Source of the DNA: Thermoanaerobaculales bacterium
GTDB taxonomy: Bacteria > Acidobacteriota > Thermoanaerobaculia > Thermoanaerobaculales > Sulfomarinibacteraceae
NCBI GenBank assembly: GCA_021107705.1
Contig: JAIOSJ010000317.1
Span: forward strand, 1 to 53,609
Length of the DNA stretch: 53,609 nucleotides
Reading direction: 5' to 3'
Shown here: in pieces, positions 36,392-45,712 of the stretch
Position numbering within the stretch: position 1 is the first letter of the stretch
How the letters are laid out: each line of letters begins with the position of its first letter
The notes under the pieces: generated by a model
Databases searched by the model: none
Told to the model about the DNA's origin: nothing
What the model saw: the letters and a program-made list of their open reading frames with translations, nothing else
Position numbers and translations under genes: made by a program

Positions 36392-38895
36392 TCGACACCC
36401 CCCGGCGCACCACCGTCAAAGAAGCCAGCCGGTAGCTGATCAGCGAACTCCTTCTTCGAGATCGCAGACCTGTAGGCGACCTCGAGGGTGATCAGGTCGC
36501 GCTCGAGCAGCTCCCGCAAAGCCGCATCGTGGGTGCGCATACCAATGGTCTGGCCGATCTGCATGACTGACGGAATCTGGATGGTCTTGCCCTCTCGAAT
36601 GAGATTCACCACCGACGGTGTGTTCTTGAGGATTTCGAAACACGCGACCTGCCCGGTGATACCCTTGGCTGGCAATAGATGCTGGGCGACCGCGAACCTC
36701 AGGGTCTCGGCAAGGGAGGTTCGGATGGCGGGTCTGTCCTTCGCCGAGAAGCTCGAGATGATTCGGTCGACCACCCGGGAGGCGTTGGTCGCGTTGAGCG
36801 TGCCCAGGACGACATGACCGGTCTCGGCCGCAGTCAAGGCGAGAGAGATCGATTCGGTATCGCGCAACTCACCGATGACAATGACGTCGGGATCCTCTCT
36901 CAGCGCCGCCCGCAAAGCGCGAGCATAGGATTCGGAGTCCCTTCCGACCTCTCGCTGATTGATCAGCGAACTCTTGAAAGGGTGCACGAACTCGACCGGG
37001 TCCTCAAGAGAAATGATGTGGGCGAAACGGCTCTCGTTGAACAGATTGACGAGGGCGGCGAGGGTCGTCGACTTGCCACTTCCCGACGGACCACAGACGA
37101 GGATCAGACCCTGGTGGTAGCTGAGGACCTCCTTGAGGATTTCCGGCAATCCGAACTCCTCGAAGGTGGGAGGCTGATCCGGAATGACCCGGAAGGCGGC
37201 GTTGAGCCCACACCGGTCGAGGAAAACGTTGGCGCGATACCGACCACTGCCCGGGATGTAATGGCAAAGGTCGAGCTGATTGCGATCCTGCAGCCTCTGC
37301 TTCTGCTCGTCAGAGAGCACCTCGATGAGGAGAGCCTGGATCTGCTCAGCCGTCAGTGGCTCCGAGTTGACCCGTACGATCCTACCAGCCACCCTGACGA
37401 TCGGCGCCTGGCCCACCGTGAGATGAAGGTCCGATGCCTTCTGTTTTCGGGTCGCCCGCAGCATCGCATTGACCTTGGGCTCACCGACCTCGGCGGAGTC
37501 CTTCATGATTCTCGCTTGGATCTCGGCCTCGCCCTCGACTACCGCGGATTTCCGCGCCCTGATCTCTTTGAGCACCGAAAGGGCGCGCAACTGCACGTTT
37601 TGGTTCGGGTCGGAGTTCGCGACCTGTTTCAGCGCTTCGGCGATCTGCGGGTGGTCAAAGTGTTTGAGGGCCATCAAGACCTCAATGCGCACCTCGACCT
37701 CCTGACTCTTCAACAGCTGAGCCAGGGCCGGCAGAGCCCTGTCGTCCCCAATCTGGCCGAGGGCATCGATCGCCGCCCATCGGGCCTCCGGGTCACCAAG
37801 CAGCTCGGTCAATGCCTGCCCGGCTCGCGGATCGCCGAGCAGACCGAGGGTTTCGGCGGCGGTGATACGAAGCCACCAGTCGTCGTCCTTGAGCAGCGGG
37901 ACGATCGCCTCTACCGCCCCCGGGTGGTTGTTGGAGCCGATCAGCAGAAGAGCGGCGAACCGGACCTCCATATCCGGATCCTTGAGAAGCTCAAGGACTG
38001 AATCCACCATGTCGGTACCCAAGGCCCTCATGTTCTCAAGCGCCCGGTCGCGGGTCCACCCGGCCAGACTTTTGGAAAACTCCAAGTACCTGCGGATAAG
38101 CCGCGGCTGGTCGGGCATGCCGAGTAGAATCGACACGACCGCTGACCGCGTCGTGGCGTTACCGGACGCCATCAAGGGCAGAATGTGTTCTGCGAAGTCC
38201 GGCCCTTTGCCCTTCGCGACCTCGACGATCGCGGCGATGATCGCCTCTTGAGTCTCTTGCCGAACCCTGGAGAGGTTGGCAACCAACAAATCGATGTTGG
38301 GCTCGGCCGCGCACTGGACGATGACCCTCAGGGCCCTGTCCCGTACCTCACTGTCCTCGTGCGAGACGAGGAGTTTCCAGCGGTTGAGTGAACTTTCGGA
38401 AATCTCAAACTCAGCCAGGCGATCAAGATAACGGAGACGCGACCCGAGGTCACCCACCGAGGCCAATTTCCAAAACAACCGCTCAAGAGCCGGTGCTGGG
38501 GGACAGCTGAGCACAAACTGGTGAGCGGTGGTCCGCTGCTTGAGATCGTTCGACTCCGCGAGCCGGAGAAGGCTGCTCTCCATACCCGGGATTCGCAGAG
38601 AGAACAGCACCAATGCCGCCGCTCGGATCGCCGGATCACGTTGACCGCGGCTTTGAGCGAGAAAGAGATCGATGGTCTCTGGCGTGCGAAACGACGTGAG
38701 CAATCGGCCACAGGCCTCGCGCAAGATCCGATCCGGTCGAAAGGCCATCCACACGATGTCCGCAGGCTTCAAAGTGTCGGGGGCCGCGGAGATGATTTCG
38801 AGCAGCTCGTCCCGCTCCTGGCTGTCCGCAAAGCTGCCCCCGGAAAGTATCTTGAGCGCTTCCTTGACGGTGAGGTTCTCAAATGATGGCTTCAC
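36388..38895 (-). CDS. HEAT/PBS-lyase repeat-PilT ATPase fusion
   Basis: About 465 aa of HEAT-like repeats (LLKDPDMEVR, LLKDDDWWLRITAAETLG, AIDALGQIGD) fused to a PilT domain (ASDLHL, GPSGSGKST, EDPVE, EDPDVIVIGELRD). Confidence 0.92.
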   Translation of the reverse strand: MKPSFENLTVKEALKILSGGSFADSQERDELLEIISAAPDTLKPADIVWMAFRPDRILREACGRLLTSFRTPETIDLFLAQSRGQRDPAIRAAALVLFSLRIPGMESSLLRLAESNDLKQRTTAHQFVLSCPPAPALERLFWKLASVGDLGSRLRYLDRLAEFEISESSLNRWKLLVSHEDSEVRDRALRVIVQCAAEPNIDLLVANLSRVRQETQEAIIAAIVEVAKGKGPDFAEHILPLMASGNATTRSAVVSILLGMPDQPRLIRRYLEFSKSLAGWTRDRALENMRALGTDMVDSVLELLKDPDMEVRFAALLLIGSNNHPGAVEAIVPLLKDDDWWLRITAAETLGLLGDPRAGQALTELLGDPEARWAAIDALGQIGDDRALPALAQLLKSQEVEVRIEVLMALKHFDHPQIAEALKQVANSDPNQNVQLRALSVLKEIRARKSAVVEGEAEIQARIMKDSAEVGEPKVNAMLRATRKQKASDLHLTVGQAPIVRVAGRIVRVNSEPLTAEQIQALLIEVLSDEQKQRLQDRNQLDLCHYIPGSGRYRANVFLDRCGLNAAFRVIPDQPPTFEEFGLPEILKEVLSYHQGLILVCGPSGSGKSTTLAALVNLFNESRFAHIISLEDPVEFVHPFKSSLINQREVGRDSESYARALRAALREDPDVIVIGELRDTESISLALTAAETGHVVLGTLNATNASRVVDRIISSFSAKDRPAIRTSLAETLRFAVAQHLLPAKGITGQVACFEILKNTPSVVNLIREGKTIQIPSVMQIGQTIGMRTHDAALRELLERDLITLEVAYRSAISKKEFADQLPAGFFDGGAPGGVD

Positions 38896-38972
38896 GACGT
38901 GAGCATACCTTCACCGCTTCCGAACGGTCAAGATTCGAAGCCGGGACTCGGATTTTGGGGTAGGAGGGACAG

Positions 38973-39300
38973 ATGTACCACATTAAAGGCAAAGTGACGC
39001 TCCAAGCGCACGTTGACATTCCTGCGGGCACGTCCGAAGAAGAGTATGCCCGGAGGGGATTTTTCGGGCGTACCAGCCATCTGTACCGGAGTGAACCTCC
39101 GGGTACGGGCCCCACTCAAGTTAAGGTGCAACATCAGGGCCGGATCTCGACGATCACCTACCCGTTCAACCCGATCAATACCGTCGGCTGGAAGGGTGAT
39201 CTCACGGTGTGGCAACTCAACATCCGCGACATTCGGCCGATCTCTTCCGAACGCTACCACCTGCCGCCGACAGCCCACATCACGTTTTTGATGCAGAATG
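38973..39300 (+). pseudogene. Homogentisate 1,2-dioxygenase remnant with an internal deletion and C-terminal truncation
   Basis: Strong RBS; N-terminus (..EEE..RRGFFG..SHLY...PP) is joined directly to the mid-protein block YPFNP..VGWKGDL..W.LNIRDIRP..S.RYHLPPTAH.TF; the Fe-binding C-terminus is absent. Confidence 0.75.
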
Positions 39301-39439
39301 CGGCGCCCAATAGGGTATTCCACCCGAGGGGTGCGGATTGTACTTGATAGTTCGCAGGAAAGTGCGCATCGCCCGAGAGGGCGATCACGTCAAAGCTGTG
39401 GGGCCGCGAAGGGGCCAGCATTGGTTGGAGAGCATGCCG

Positions 39440-39510
39440 GGGCGAGAAAACGCCGCTGGGTGTGGTGCATCACCGACCACAGAAGATTGGCGGTGGGAAG
39501 TGCGGGTTAA
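39440..39510. mobile_element. End of a family A-related MITE
   Basis: AGAAGATTGGCGGTGGGAAGTGCGGGTTAA resembles the family A terminus (reverse complement CCCGCACTTCCCACC vs CCCGCACTTCTCACC); left boundary unclear. Confidence 0.55.
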
Positions 39511-39546
39511 GGTTTGCCCTGGCGAAGGCAGGGCTACAATGTATTG

Positions 39547-41454
39547 ATGCCGAAAAAACGCATCGGCCGTTACGAGATTCTCGACACCCTGGGCAAGGGC
39601 GCCATGGGAGTTGTCTATCTAGCCCGTGACCCCATGATTGATCGCAGGGTAGCTCTGAAGACCCTCCGGCTGGATGTCGACGCCGAGGTGGCCGACGAGT
39701 TTCGCGAGCGCTTCTTGCGTGAGGCAAAGGCGGCAGGGCGCCTGAACCACCCAGGAATTGTCACCGTCCATGATGTCGGCGAAGATCCAGAGACGGGCCT
39801 CGTATATATCGCGATGGAGTACGTGAAGGGCCGAGATCTCAAACAGGTGCTTGCCTCTGAAGAACGTCTCCGTCCTTCAGAGGCAGCCCGTATCGTGGCG
39901 GAGGTGGCGTTGGCTCTGGAATACGCCCATGGGATGGGCGTCATCCATCGTGACATCAAACCCGCCAACATTATCCTCACGGCTGACGGATTCCCCAAAG
40001 TCATGGACTTCGGCGTGGCTCGTCTTGAATCGTCCAATCTCACGGTTGAGGGACAGTTCATCGGGACCCCGAACTTCATGTCACCCGAGCAGATTACCGG
40101 AAAAACAGTTGACGGCCGATCGGATCTTTTCTCCCTTGGGGTTGTGCTTTTCAATCTTCTCACCGGCAGACGTCCCTTCGTCGGTGCGAACATGCATGAG
40201 ATAACCCTCAAGATTGCTCAGGAACCGTGCCCCATCCCATCGACGATGGTGGCTGGACTGGCGCCTGCGTTCAATCCAATCCTGTTGAAATGTCTGGAAA
40301 AAGACCCCGAGCAACGCTTTCAATCCGGCACCGACATCGCGCGGGTCCTAGCGGCCCTGTCACGATCCCTTTCGCCACGATCCGAAGGGGACTCCGGCCG
40401 AACCGGGGTTGGTCACACTGACCTCGAAGGCCGGATCGCGGCGGTTTCCAAGGTTTCTCGAACGAGTTCTCCTCGCACTGCAGCCATCGCAAGACCGAAG
40501 AAAACAACACTGTCGGACCGACTTCGTAGCCTGCCCCTGCCTGAGTTTGTTCACTGGCAGGTGAACTCGAGTCGGATCTGGCCGATCATCGGCGGTTGTC
40601 TATTTTTGGGGCTGGCACCGATTCTCATCCTCGCCGCCATGGTCGATCATGGTCCCTGGCCCTCTCCTTCCGACGCAGCGATGCACGGTTTCCATGAGAC
40701 CGCCCGTTCCTACCGCCGTGCCATTCATTCCCTGGAACAGGATGATCTTCTCGCCGCCGAAAAATGCTGCTTGCGGGCGCTTCACCAGTCACCGGCCTCT
40801 CCCGGAGGACGAGCTTTGATGGCGAGGATCCGCGCCGCCCTGGATTCCGAGAAAAATATTCTCGCGACGCGAGACCGGATCGAGAAACTGGTAATGGAAG
40901 GACGTGAGTTCTACCGCCAAGGAGACTACAAAAGAGCGATCACCCTTTTTGAAGAAGTTATGGATCTCGGACCCGGGGATGAACTGGCGACCAGTTATCT
41001 CGAATTGGCCAATGAACGACTTCGCGCAATCCCGAAACAAACACCGGCCCGCACGACGAGAAGAGTGACGAAGACAACGCCGGAGCGAAGGACTCCGATC
41101 AAGGCTCAACCGACTCCGGGCCTCGTCCGAATCACCCTGCTGTTCAACTCGCCCATCAACTCGGGAAAATTCGTGGTCACAATCGACGGAGAACCGCTGA
41201 CGGAGATTCCCTTCGATTTCACGCGCAAGAATTTCCTGAAGATCAAGAGAAAGGGCACCGGTACGGTGAAACGAGCTTTGACCGTCCCAAGCGGACGCCG
41301 AACTATCGGCATAGAATTCCTCTCGCCGGACCTTGGTAAACCGGTTTCGGCCCAATTCACCGAGCAATTACTCGCAGGCAGCCAATGGTCGTTGCGAGTT
41401 GACCAACCGTCGGCAGAAGCCACCCCTTCCTTTTTCTTTGTGAAATCCAGGTAG
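39547..41454 (+). CDS. Membrane-anchored Hanks-type Ser/Thr protein kinase with extracytoplasmic TPR and beta-domain
   Basis: GKGAMGVVY, VALK, HRDIKPAN, DFG and GTPNFMSPE; TM IWPIIGG..LAAMV; TPR-like helices. Confidence 0.94.
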   Translation: MPKKRIGRYEILDTLGKGAMGVVYLARDPMIDRRVALKTLRLDVDAEVADEFRERFLREAKAAGRLNHPGIVTVHDVGEDPETGLVYIAMEYVKGRDLKQVLASEERLRPSEAARIVAEVALALEYAHGMGVIHRDIKPANIILTADGFPKVMDFGVARLESSNLTVEGQFIGTPNFMSPEQITGKTVDGRSDLFSLGVVLFNLLTGRRPFVGANMHEITLKIAQEPCPIPSTMVAGLAPAFNPILLKCLEKDPEQRFQSGTDIARVLAALSRSLSPRSEGDSGRTGVGHTDLEGRIAAVSKVSRTSSPRTAAIARPKKTTLSDRLRSLPLPEFVHWQVNSSRIWPIIGGCLFLGLAPILILAAMVDHGPWPSPSDAAMHGFHETARSYRRAIHSLEQDDLLAAEKCCLRALHQSPASPGGRALMARIRAALDSEKNILATRDRIEKLVMEGREFYRQGDYKRAITLFEEVMDLGPGDELATSYLELANERLRAIPKQTPARTTRRVTKTTPERRTPIKAQPTPGLVRITLLFNSPINSGKFVVTIDGEPLTEIPFDFTRKNFLKIKRKGTGTVKRALTVPSGRRTIGIEFLSPDLGKPVSAQFTEQLLAGSQWSLRVDQPSAEATPSFFFVKSR

Positions 41455-41455
41455 C

Positions 41456-42304
41456 GTGATGCTCCGCCGACTCAATCTTGCAACCGAATGGGACGAACTC
41501 ACAATCCTTGGAGGCTCTCGTGCCGGAGAGGGCACCCTGCTTCTCCTCCCGCAGTTGAGCCTTGCTCTCGATATCGGGAGAGCCCATCGCTCCCTGACCC
41601 CGATGTCAACGGTGTGTATCAGCCATGGACATGCCGACCACCTCGGGGGCCTTGCCTACTGGGCCAGTCAGCGCCTGCTCAATTCAATGGCCCCAGGAAC
41701 ACTCCTCGTCCCCGGGAACATCGGCGACGAAGTGGCCGACCTCCTACGGCTCCATGCCCGCCTCGAGGGCGGGAAGGCGTACGCCGTCAATCTCGTGCCG
41801 GTTGGACATGGAACGCGACATCATTTTCGCCGCGATATGAACCTGGAATTCTTCACCACCGATCACTGGGTGCCCACTCTCGGCAGCCGGCTCGTCTGGA
41901 CCCGGAGACGCCTACTGCCGGAACTCAGGAACAGTCCGTCAGAGGACCTCGCCGCGCGACGACGCCGGGGTCAGGAGATCACCTACGAGGTCGCCTCCCC
42001 TCTGCTGGCCTATGGCGCCGATACCGGACCCGGCATCTTTGCCCAGGCCGAGACTCTGGCCGCGGAGGTGGTTCTGTTGGAATGTTCTTTCTGGAACGAC
42101 GACGACCTCGATCGCGCACGCCGATTCAGCCACCTTCACCTCAGCGACATCGTCAACGCCGCGCCCCAATTGACGTGCCGCCACCTGGTTCTCCTGCACC
42201 TCTCTCGACGGAACCGGATCAAAGATGTGGAAAAGATCATGGCCGCGGAACTTGAGCCTTTGTTCGACGGCCGGCTCCACCACCTGATCGTCGATTGGGA
42301 GTAG
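41456..42304 (+). CDS. MBL-fold hydrolase, RNase Z (short form)-like
   Basis: SHGHADH, DHW, YGADT, ECSF, HLH and LLHLS motifs, plus a short arm (RRRLLPEL..RRRGQEIT). Confidence 0.8.
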   Translation: MMLRRLNLATEWDELTILGGSRAGEGTLLLLPQLSLALDIGRAHRSLTPMSTVCISHGHADHLGGLAYWASQRLLNSMAPGTLLVPGNIGDEVADLLRLHARLEGGKAYAVNLVPVGHGTRHHFRRDMNLEFFTTDHWVPTLGSRLVWTRRRLLPELRNSPSEDLAARRRRGQEITYEVASPLLAYGADTGPGIFAQAETLAAEVVLLECSFWNDDDLDRARRFSHLHLSDIVNAAPQLTCRHLVLLHLSRRNRIKDVEKIMAAELEPLFDGRLHHLIVDWE

Positions 42305-42310
42305 CCCGGC

Positions 42311-43615
42311 CTACTCCGCCGTCCCTGCCGCAACCATCACCAGCCGTTCGGGGTGAATATGCCGTCTGACGGCCCTAAGGACCTCGTCCCCGCCCAGGTT
42401 CAACAGTTGGCGAGGGAAGTCGTCCATCCTGGAGACCGATTCACCCGCGGCCAAAACCTTCACCAACTCCCGGGCAACGCCGACATTGGTGGCAAGGCCG
42501 ACCGTATAGCCTCCGGCCCATGACTGTCTCTCATCCTCGAGTTCGTCTCTCCTCGGACCTTCGGAAACATATTCCTCGATCACCGACCGGCAGAGAGCGA
42601 CGGCCCGGTCCAGATCGCCGGCCGAAACGCTCAGACTGACAACCTATGGGCCCGGCAGTTGCAGCCTTCCCGTAAAGCCGCTGTTGATTCCATAGGTGAG
42701 GCCCGCCTTGTCCCGCACGGCCACCCCAAGTCTCGAGGTCAGAGTCGACTGCCCCAAACAGGAATTCGCGAGCATCGCCGCCGGGTAATCCGAGTCCCCG
42801 AGCAAAAGTCGCCCGGGGTGACCCAGAAAAACATCCAGATTTGGTCGGTCGGGGATGTGTATTCGCGTCCCTTGAATTTCCGAAACCAGCGGCGTCGGCC
42901 ACGGCGGCAGCGCTTGACGACCCGGCCCCCAATCGTCGAAAGCCTCTGCGACGAGGGAAAACACGTCATCGGCCTCGACCTGGCCGACAATGACGCAAAC
43001 CAGGGTGGCCGCTCCGTACACCTCATGGTGGAAAATCTCAAGGTCCTCGCGGGTGAGGCGCCGTACCTCCTCCTCCCGCTCAGCAATTGACCGGCGTCGG
43101 TGAGGATGGCCCGGAACATACATCTGGCGGGTCAATTCGGCATAGGCCCGCATCGAGGTGTCTTCATTCTCATGGCGCAAGACGCCGAGAATCTGTTGGC
43201 GGACCTTCTCCAGTTCATCGGCAGGAAAGGTCGGCCGGCGAAGCACGGCCGCCAGGAGTCGAATGAGGCGCGGAAGCTCTTCCGCCAGACCCTGAAGGCT
43301 GAAGGAAATCGAGGCCGGCGCCGCGGAAGAGGAACCGACATCGAGCTGAAGACCGTGGTCCTCGAGTTCCCGCGCCAACTGCAGACGGTTCTGCCCGAGA
43401 ACACCTCGATTCAGCATGGATGCCGTCAGGCCGGGAACAGAAAACCTCCCGTCCGTCGCCACTGCCGGCCCCGCCTGAAGCATGCCGACCACCGTGACCG
43501 TAGGAGCGTGGGGATTGGGAAGAACGGCGAGTCGGCCGCCTCCCGGAAGAGAGCGCAGGTCCACCCGGTCAACGAAGCTCCCGCGATTGTGACGAACGTC
43601 AGCGATCTTCTTCAT
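42311..43615 (-). pseudogene. M16 peptidase non-catalytic partner subunit with an in-frame TAG at 42644-42646
   Basis: No HxxEH; TSRLGVAVRDKAGLTY (R/Y pair). The ORF 42311-42583 is in the same frame across GP-TAG-VVSL, suggesting TGG changed to TAG. Confidence 0.85.
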
Positions 43616-44949
43616 CCTTGACCACCGTGATCGGAATTTTCGGGCACAAACCACCCCACGGTCAGGTTGTCGTCCACGAGATGGGTTTCGCAGACCCGGG
43701 AAACGTCGGTCGCCTTCAGGCGAGCCACGCGATCCATCTCCTGAACAAACGCCCGCCAATCCCCCATGGCAACCGCCTCGGAGAGAACCGACAAGAGCTG
43801 GGACGGACTTTCCCTGCGAAAAGCGAGATCCGTACGGGTCTGGATGCGGGCCCGCGCAATCTCCTCGTTCGCCGGCAGTTCGCAGGCGAGGCGGTGTGTC
43901 TCCTCTCGAACGACCGCCTCCACCTGGGCATGGGGAATGCCCGGCGCCAAGGTTGTAAAGACCTGGAAGAGGCCGGGGTCATGCAGTTCCAGGGGCGCCG
44001 CGTGGATTCCGAGACAGAAGTTGGTCTCCACGAGCCGCTGATGGAGGCGCGAAGTCACTCCCTCGGCCAAAATCTGTCCAAGAACCAGGAGCGCCGCCAG
44101 GTCCTCGTGAAGCCCTCGCGGTATGTGCCAGCCAAAAGCAAGATGGCCCAGCTCTCCCATTTTGTGAATCGAGAATCGCCGCTCCTCTCGTTGTGGACCC
44201 TCCCGGATCTCGACCCGGGGTGGCGGCGCCGAGGCCGCCTTGGCACGACCGAAGTGCTTCGCCAACATTTGCAGTACTTCGTCTTCTCCAACGTCCCCGG
44301 TAACGATGACCGTGGCGTTGTCGGGATGATAGAACGTGTCGTAAAACCCTCTGAGTATCTCTCCGGTCATCGACTCCACATCATGCCGCAGACCGATGGT
44401 CGGATGGCGGTAGGGATGGTCGCGGTAGGCGTGGGCAAAGACCCCCTTGAGCAACAGGTCGAAGGGCTCGTTCTCTCCCCGATCCAGTTCGTTGAGCACG
44501 ACACTCCTTTCACTGGCGAGATCCTCGTCACTCAGGAGTGCCCCACCCATGCGATCGGCTTCGACCTCGGCCGCCAGCTCCAAGTGTTCGACCGGGAGGG
44601 TGGCGTAATAATTGGTGCGATCGAGCCATGTCGTAGCGTTGAACGCCGCACCCACCCGCTGCAAAACACGGGCGATTTCAGTACCATCGGCCCGATTGAA
44701 ACGTCGGGTCCCCTTGAACATCAGATGCTCCAGCATGTGGGTGGCGCCGGTGTGGCCCGCAACTTCGTTTCGGGAGCCCACGCGGTAGACCACTCCAAGG
44801 GAGGCCACCGGCGCCACCGCCGTGGGCGCCACCAGAAGCGTCAGACCGTTCTCACGATGCCGCCATTCGGCAACGCCGCCTGCCCGGTCGATCAGCTCAA
44901 ACGCCGTGCTGTGCTCGATATTCTTGTGGCGCGATCCCTTATGCGCCAT
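43612..44949 (-). CDS. M16 (pitrilysin) zinc peptidase, catalytic subunit
   Basis: VGSRNE, HMLEHLMFKGT (HxxEH), NATTWLDRTNY, ERSVVLNE and YHPDNA. Confidence 0.94.
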   Translation of the reverse strand: MAHKGSRHKNIEHSTAFELIDRAGGVAEWRHRENGLTLLVAPTAVAPVASLGVVYRVGSRNEVAGHTGATHMLEHLMFKGTRRFNRADGTEIARVLQRVGAAFNATTWLDRTNYYATLPVEHLELAAEVEADRMGGALLSDEDLASERSVVLNELDRGENEPFDLLLKGVFAHAYRDHPYRHPTIGLRHDVESMTGEILRGFYDTFYHPDNATVIVTGDVGEDEVLQMLAKHFGRAKAASAPPPRVEIREGPQREERRFSIHKMGELGHLAFGWHIPRGLHEDLAALLVLGQILAEGVTSRLHQRLVETNFCLGIHAAPLELHDPGLFQVFTTLAPGIPHAQVEAVVREETHRLACELPANEEIARARIQTRTDLAFRRESPSQLLSVLSEAVAMGDWRAFVQEMDRVARLKATDVSRVCETHLVDDNLTVGWFVPENSDHGGQG

Positions 44950-45712
44950 CTTCGGCCTGATCCTCACCCTCGCTCGCGGCGCTCTCCTCGCTTTCTGGAG
45001 CGGCAGTCTCCCGCATGACGGTCGCCTGGCCGGACAACACAACGTTGGTCGCCTCTCCGTCGACCGAAATGACCAGTGAGAAGGAGTGTGCGGCGCCCGG
45101 TTGCAGAGTCTTCGAGATGCCAACCGTGCCTTCGCCGAGGTTCTCGCCTTCAATATCTTCCGCGCGGGCCGCGATTACGACTCCGCTCAGGTCGACGACA
45201 CCATCGTTGACCACCTGCCCGGTTACCGTCACCTGATCATCAGAGACAACCCGGTTCACGTTGGTGATGCGCAGCGCCCCATCACCATCGATCACCTGCT
45301 CGGCTTCATCACCCTCGGCGGCTTCTTCTTCGACCTCGGTCACGCGGTCGTGGCGAATGTGCGCGACATCGTCATCGGTGATACTCACCACAGCGGCGGA
45401 CTCGGACGCCGGGGCAATCGCCGAGCCGAAAAAACCGCTCGTCAGCCCCGCGTCTGCGCTATCGTGCGTGGCGGCCGGCGCCTCCTCCGCAAGCAGCCCC
45501 GATGCGGCGAGGTTGACGTCGGCAGCCTCGTACTGTTGCATACGACCGTTGGAAAACTTCACGATCACCACGCCATCCCGCACAACGGCACTTTCGACGA
45601 GCAGGGATGATCCGTCCAAAAGGATCAGGTTCTGTTCGTCCGCGGCCGGGGCTGCCACAACCCAGACAACGACAATTACAAGCATCGACAGGAGCACTCG
45701 TCGGTTGAACAT
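44939..45712 (-). CDS. Secreted acidic protein with a C-terminal FxLYD-like Ig domain
   Basis: Signal peptide (APA-A), ITDDDV motif, VTGQVVNDG..LQPG..SFS. Confidence 0.7.
   Translation of the reverse strand: MFNRRVLLSMLVIVVVWVVAAPAADEQNLILLDGSSLLVESAVVRDGVVIVKFSNGRMQQYEAADVNLAASGLLAEEAPAATHDSADAGLTSGFFGSAIAPASESAAVVSITDDDVAHIRHDRVTEVEEEAAEGDEAEQVIDGDGALRITNVNRVVSDDQVTVTGQVVNDGVVDLSGVVIAARAEDIEGENLGEGTVGISKTLQPGAAHSFSLVISVDGEATNVVLSGQATVMRETAAPESEESAASEGEDQAEDGA

Noticed and set aside
42644-42646. Pyrrolysine or alternative genetic code
   Set aside because: Single case at a probable Trp codon; TAG is a normal stop elsewhere in the window and no pyl genes are seen.
43618-45018. 466-aa plus-strand ORF, and similar ORFs at 36679-38001, 33379-34566 and 18790-19968
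   Set aside because: Each mirrors a well-supported minus-strand gene.
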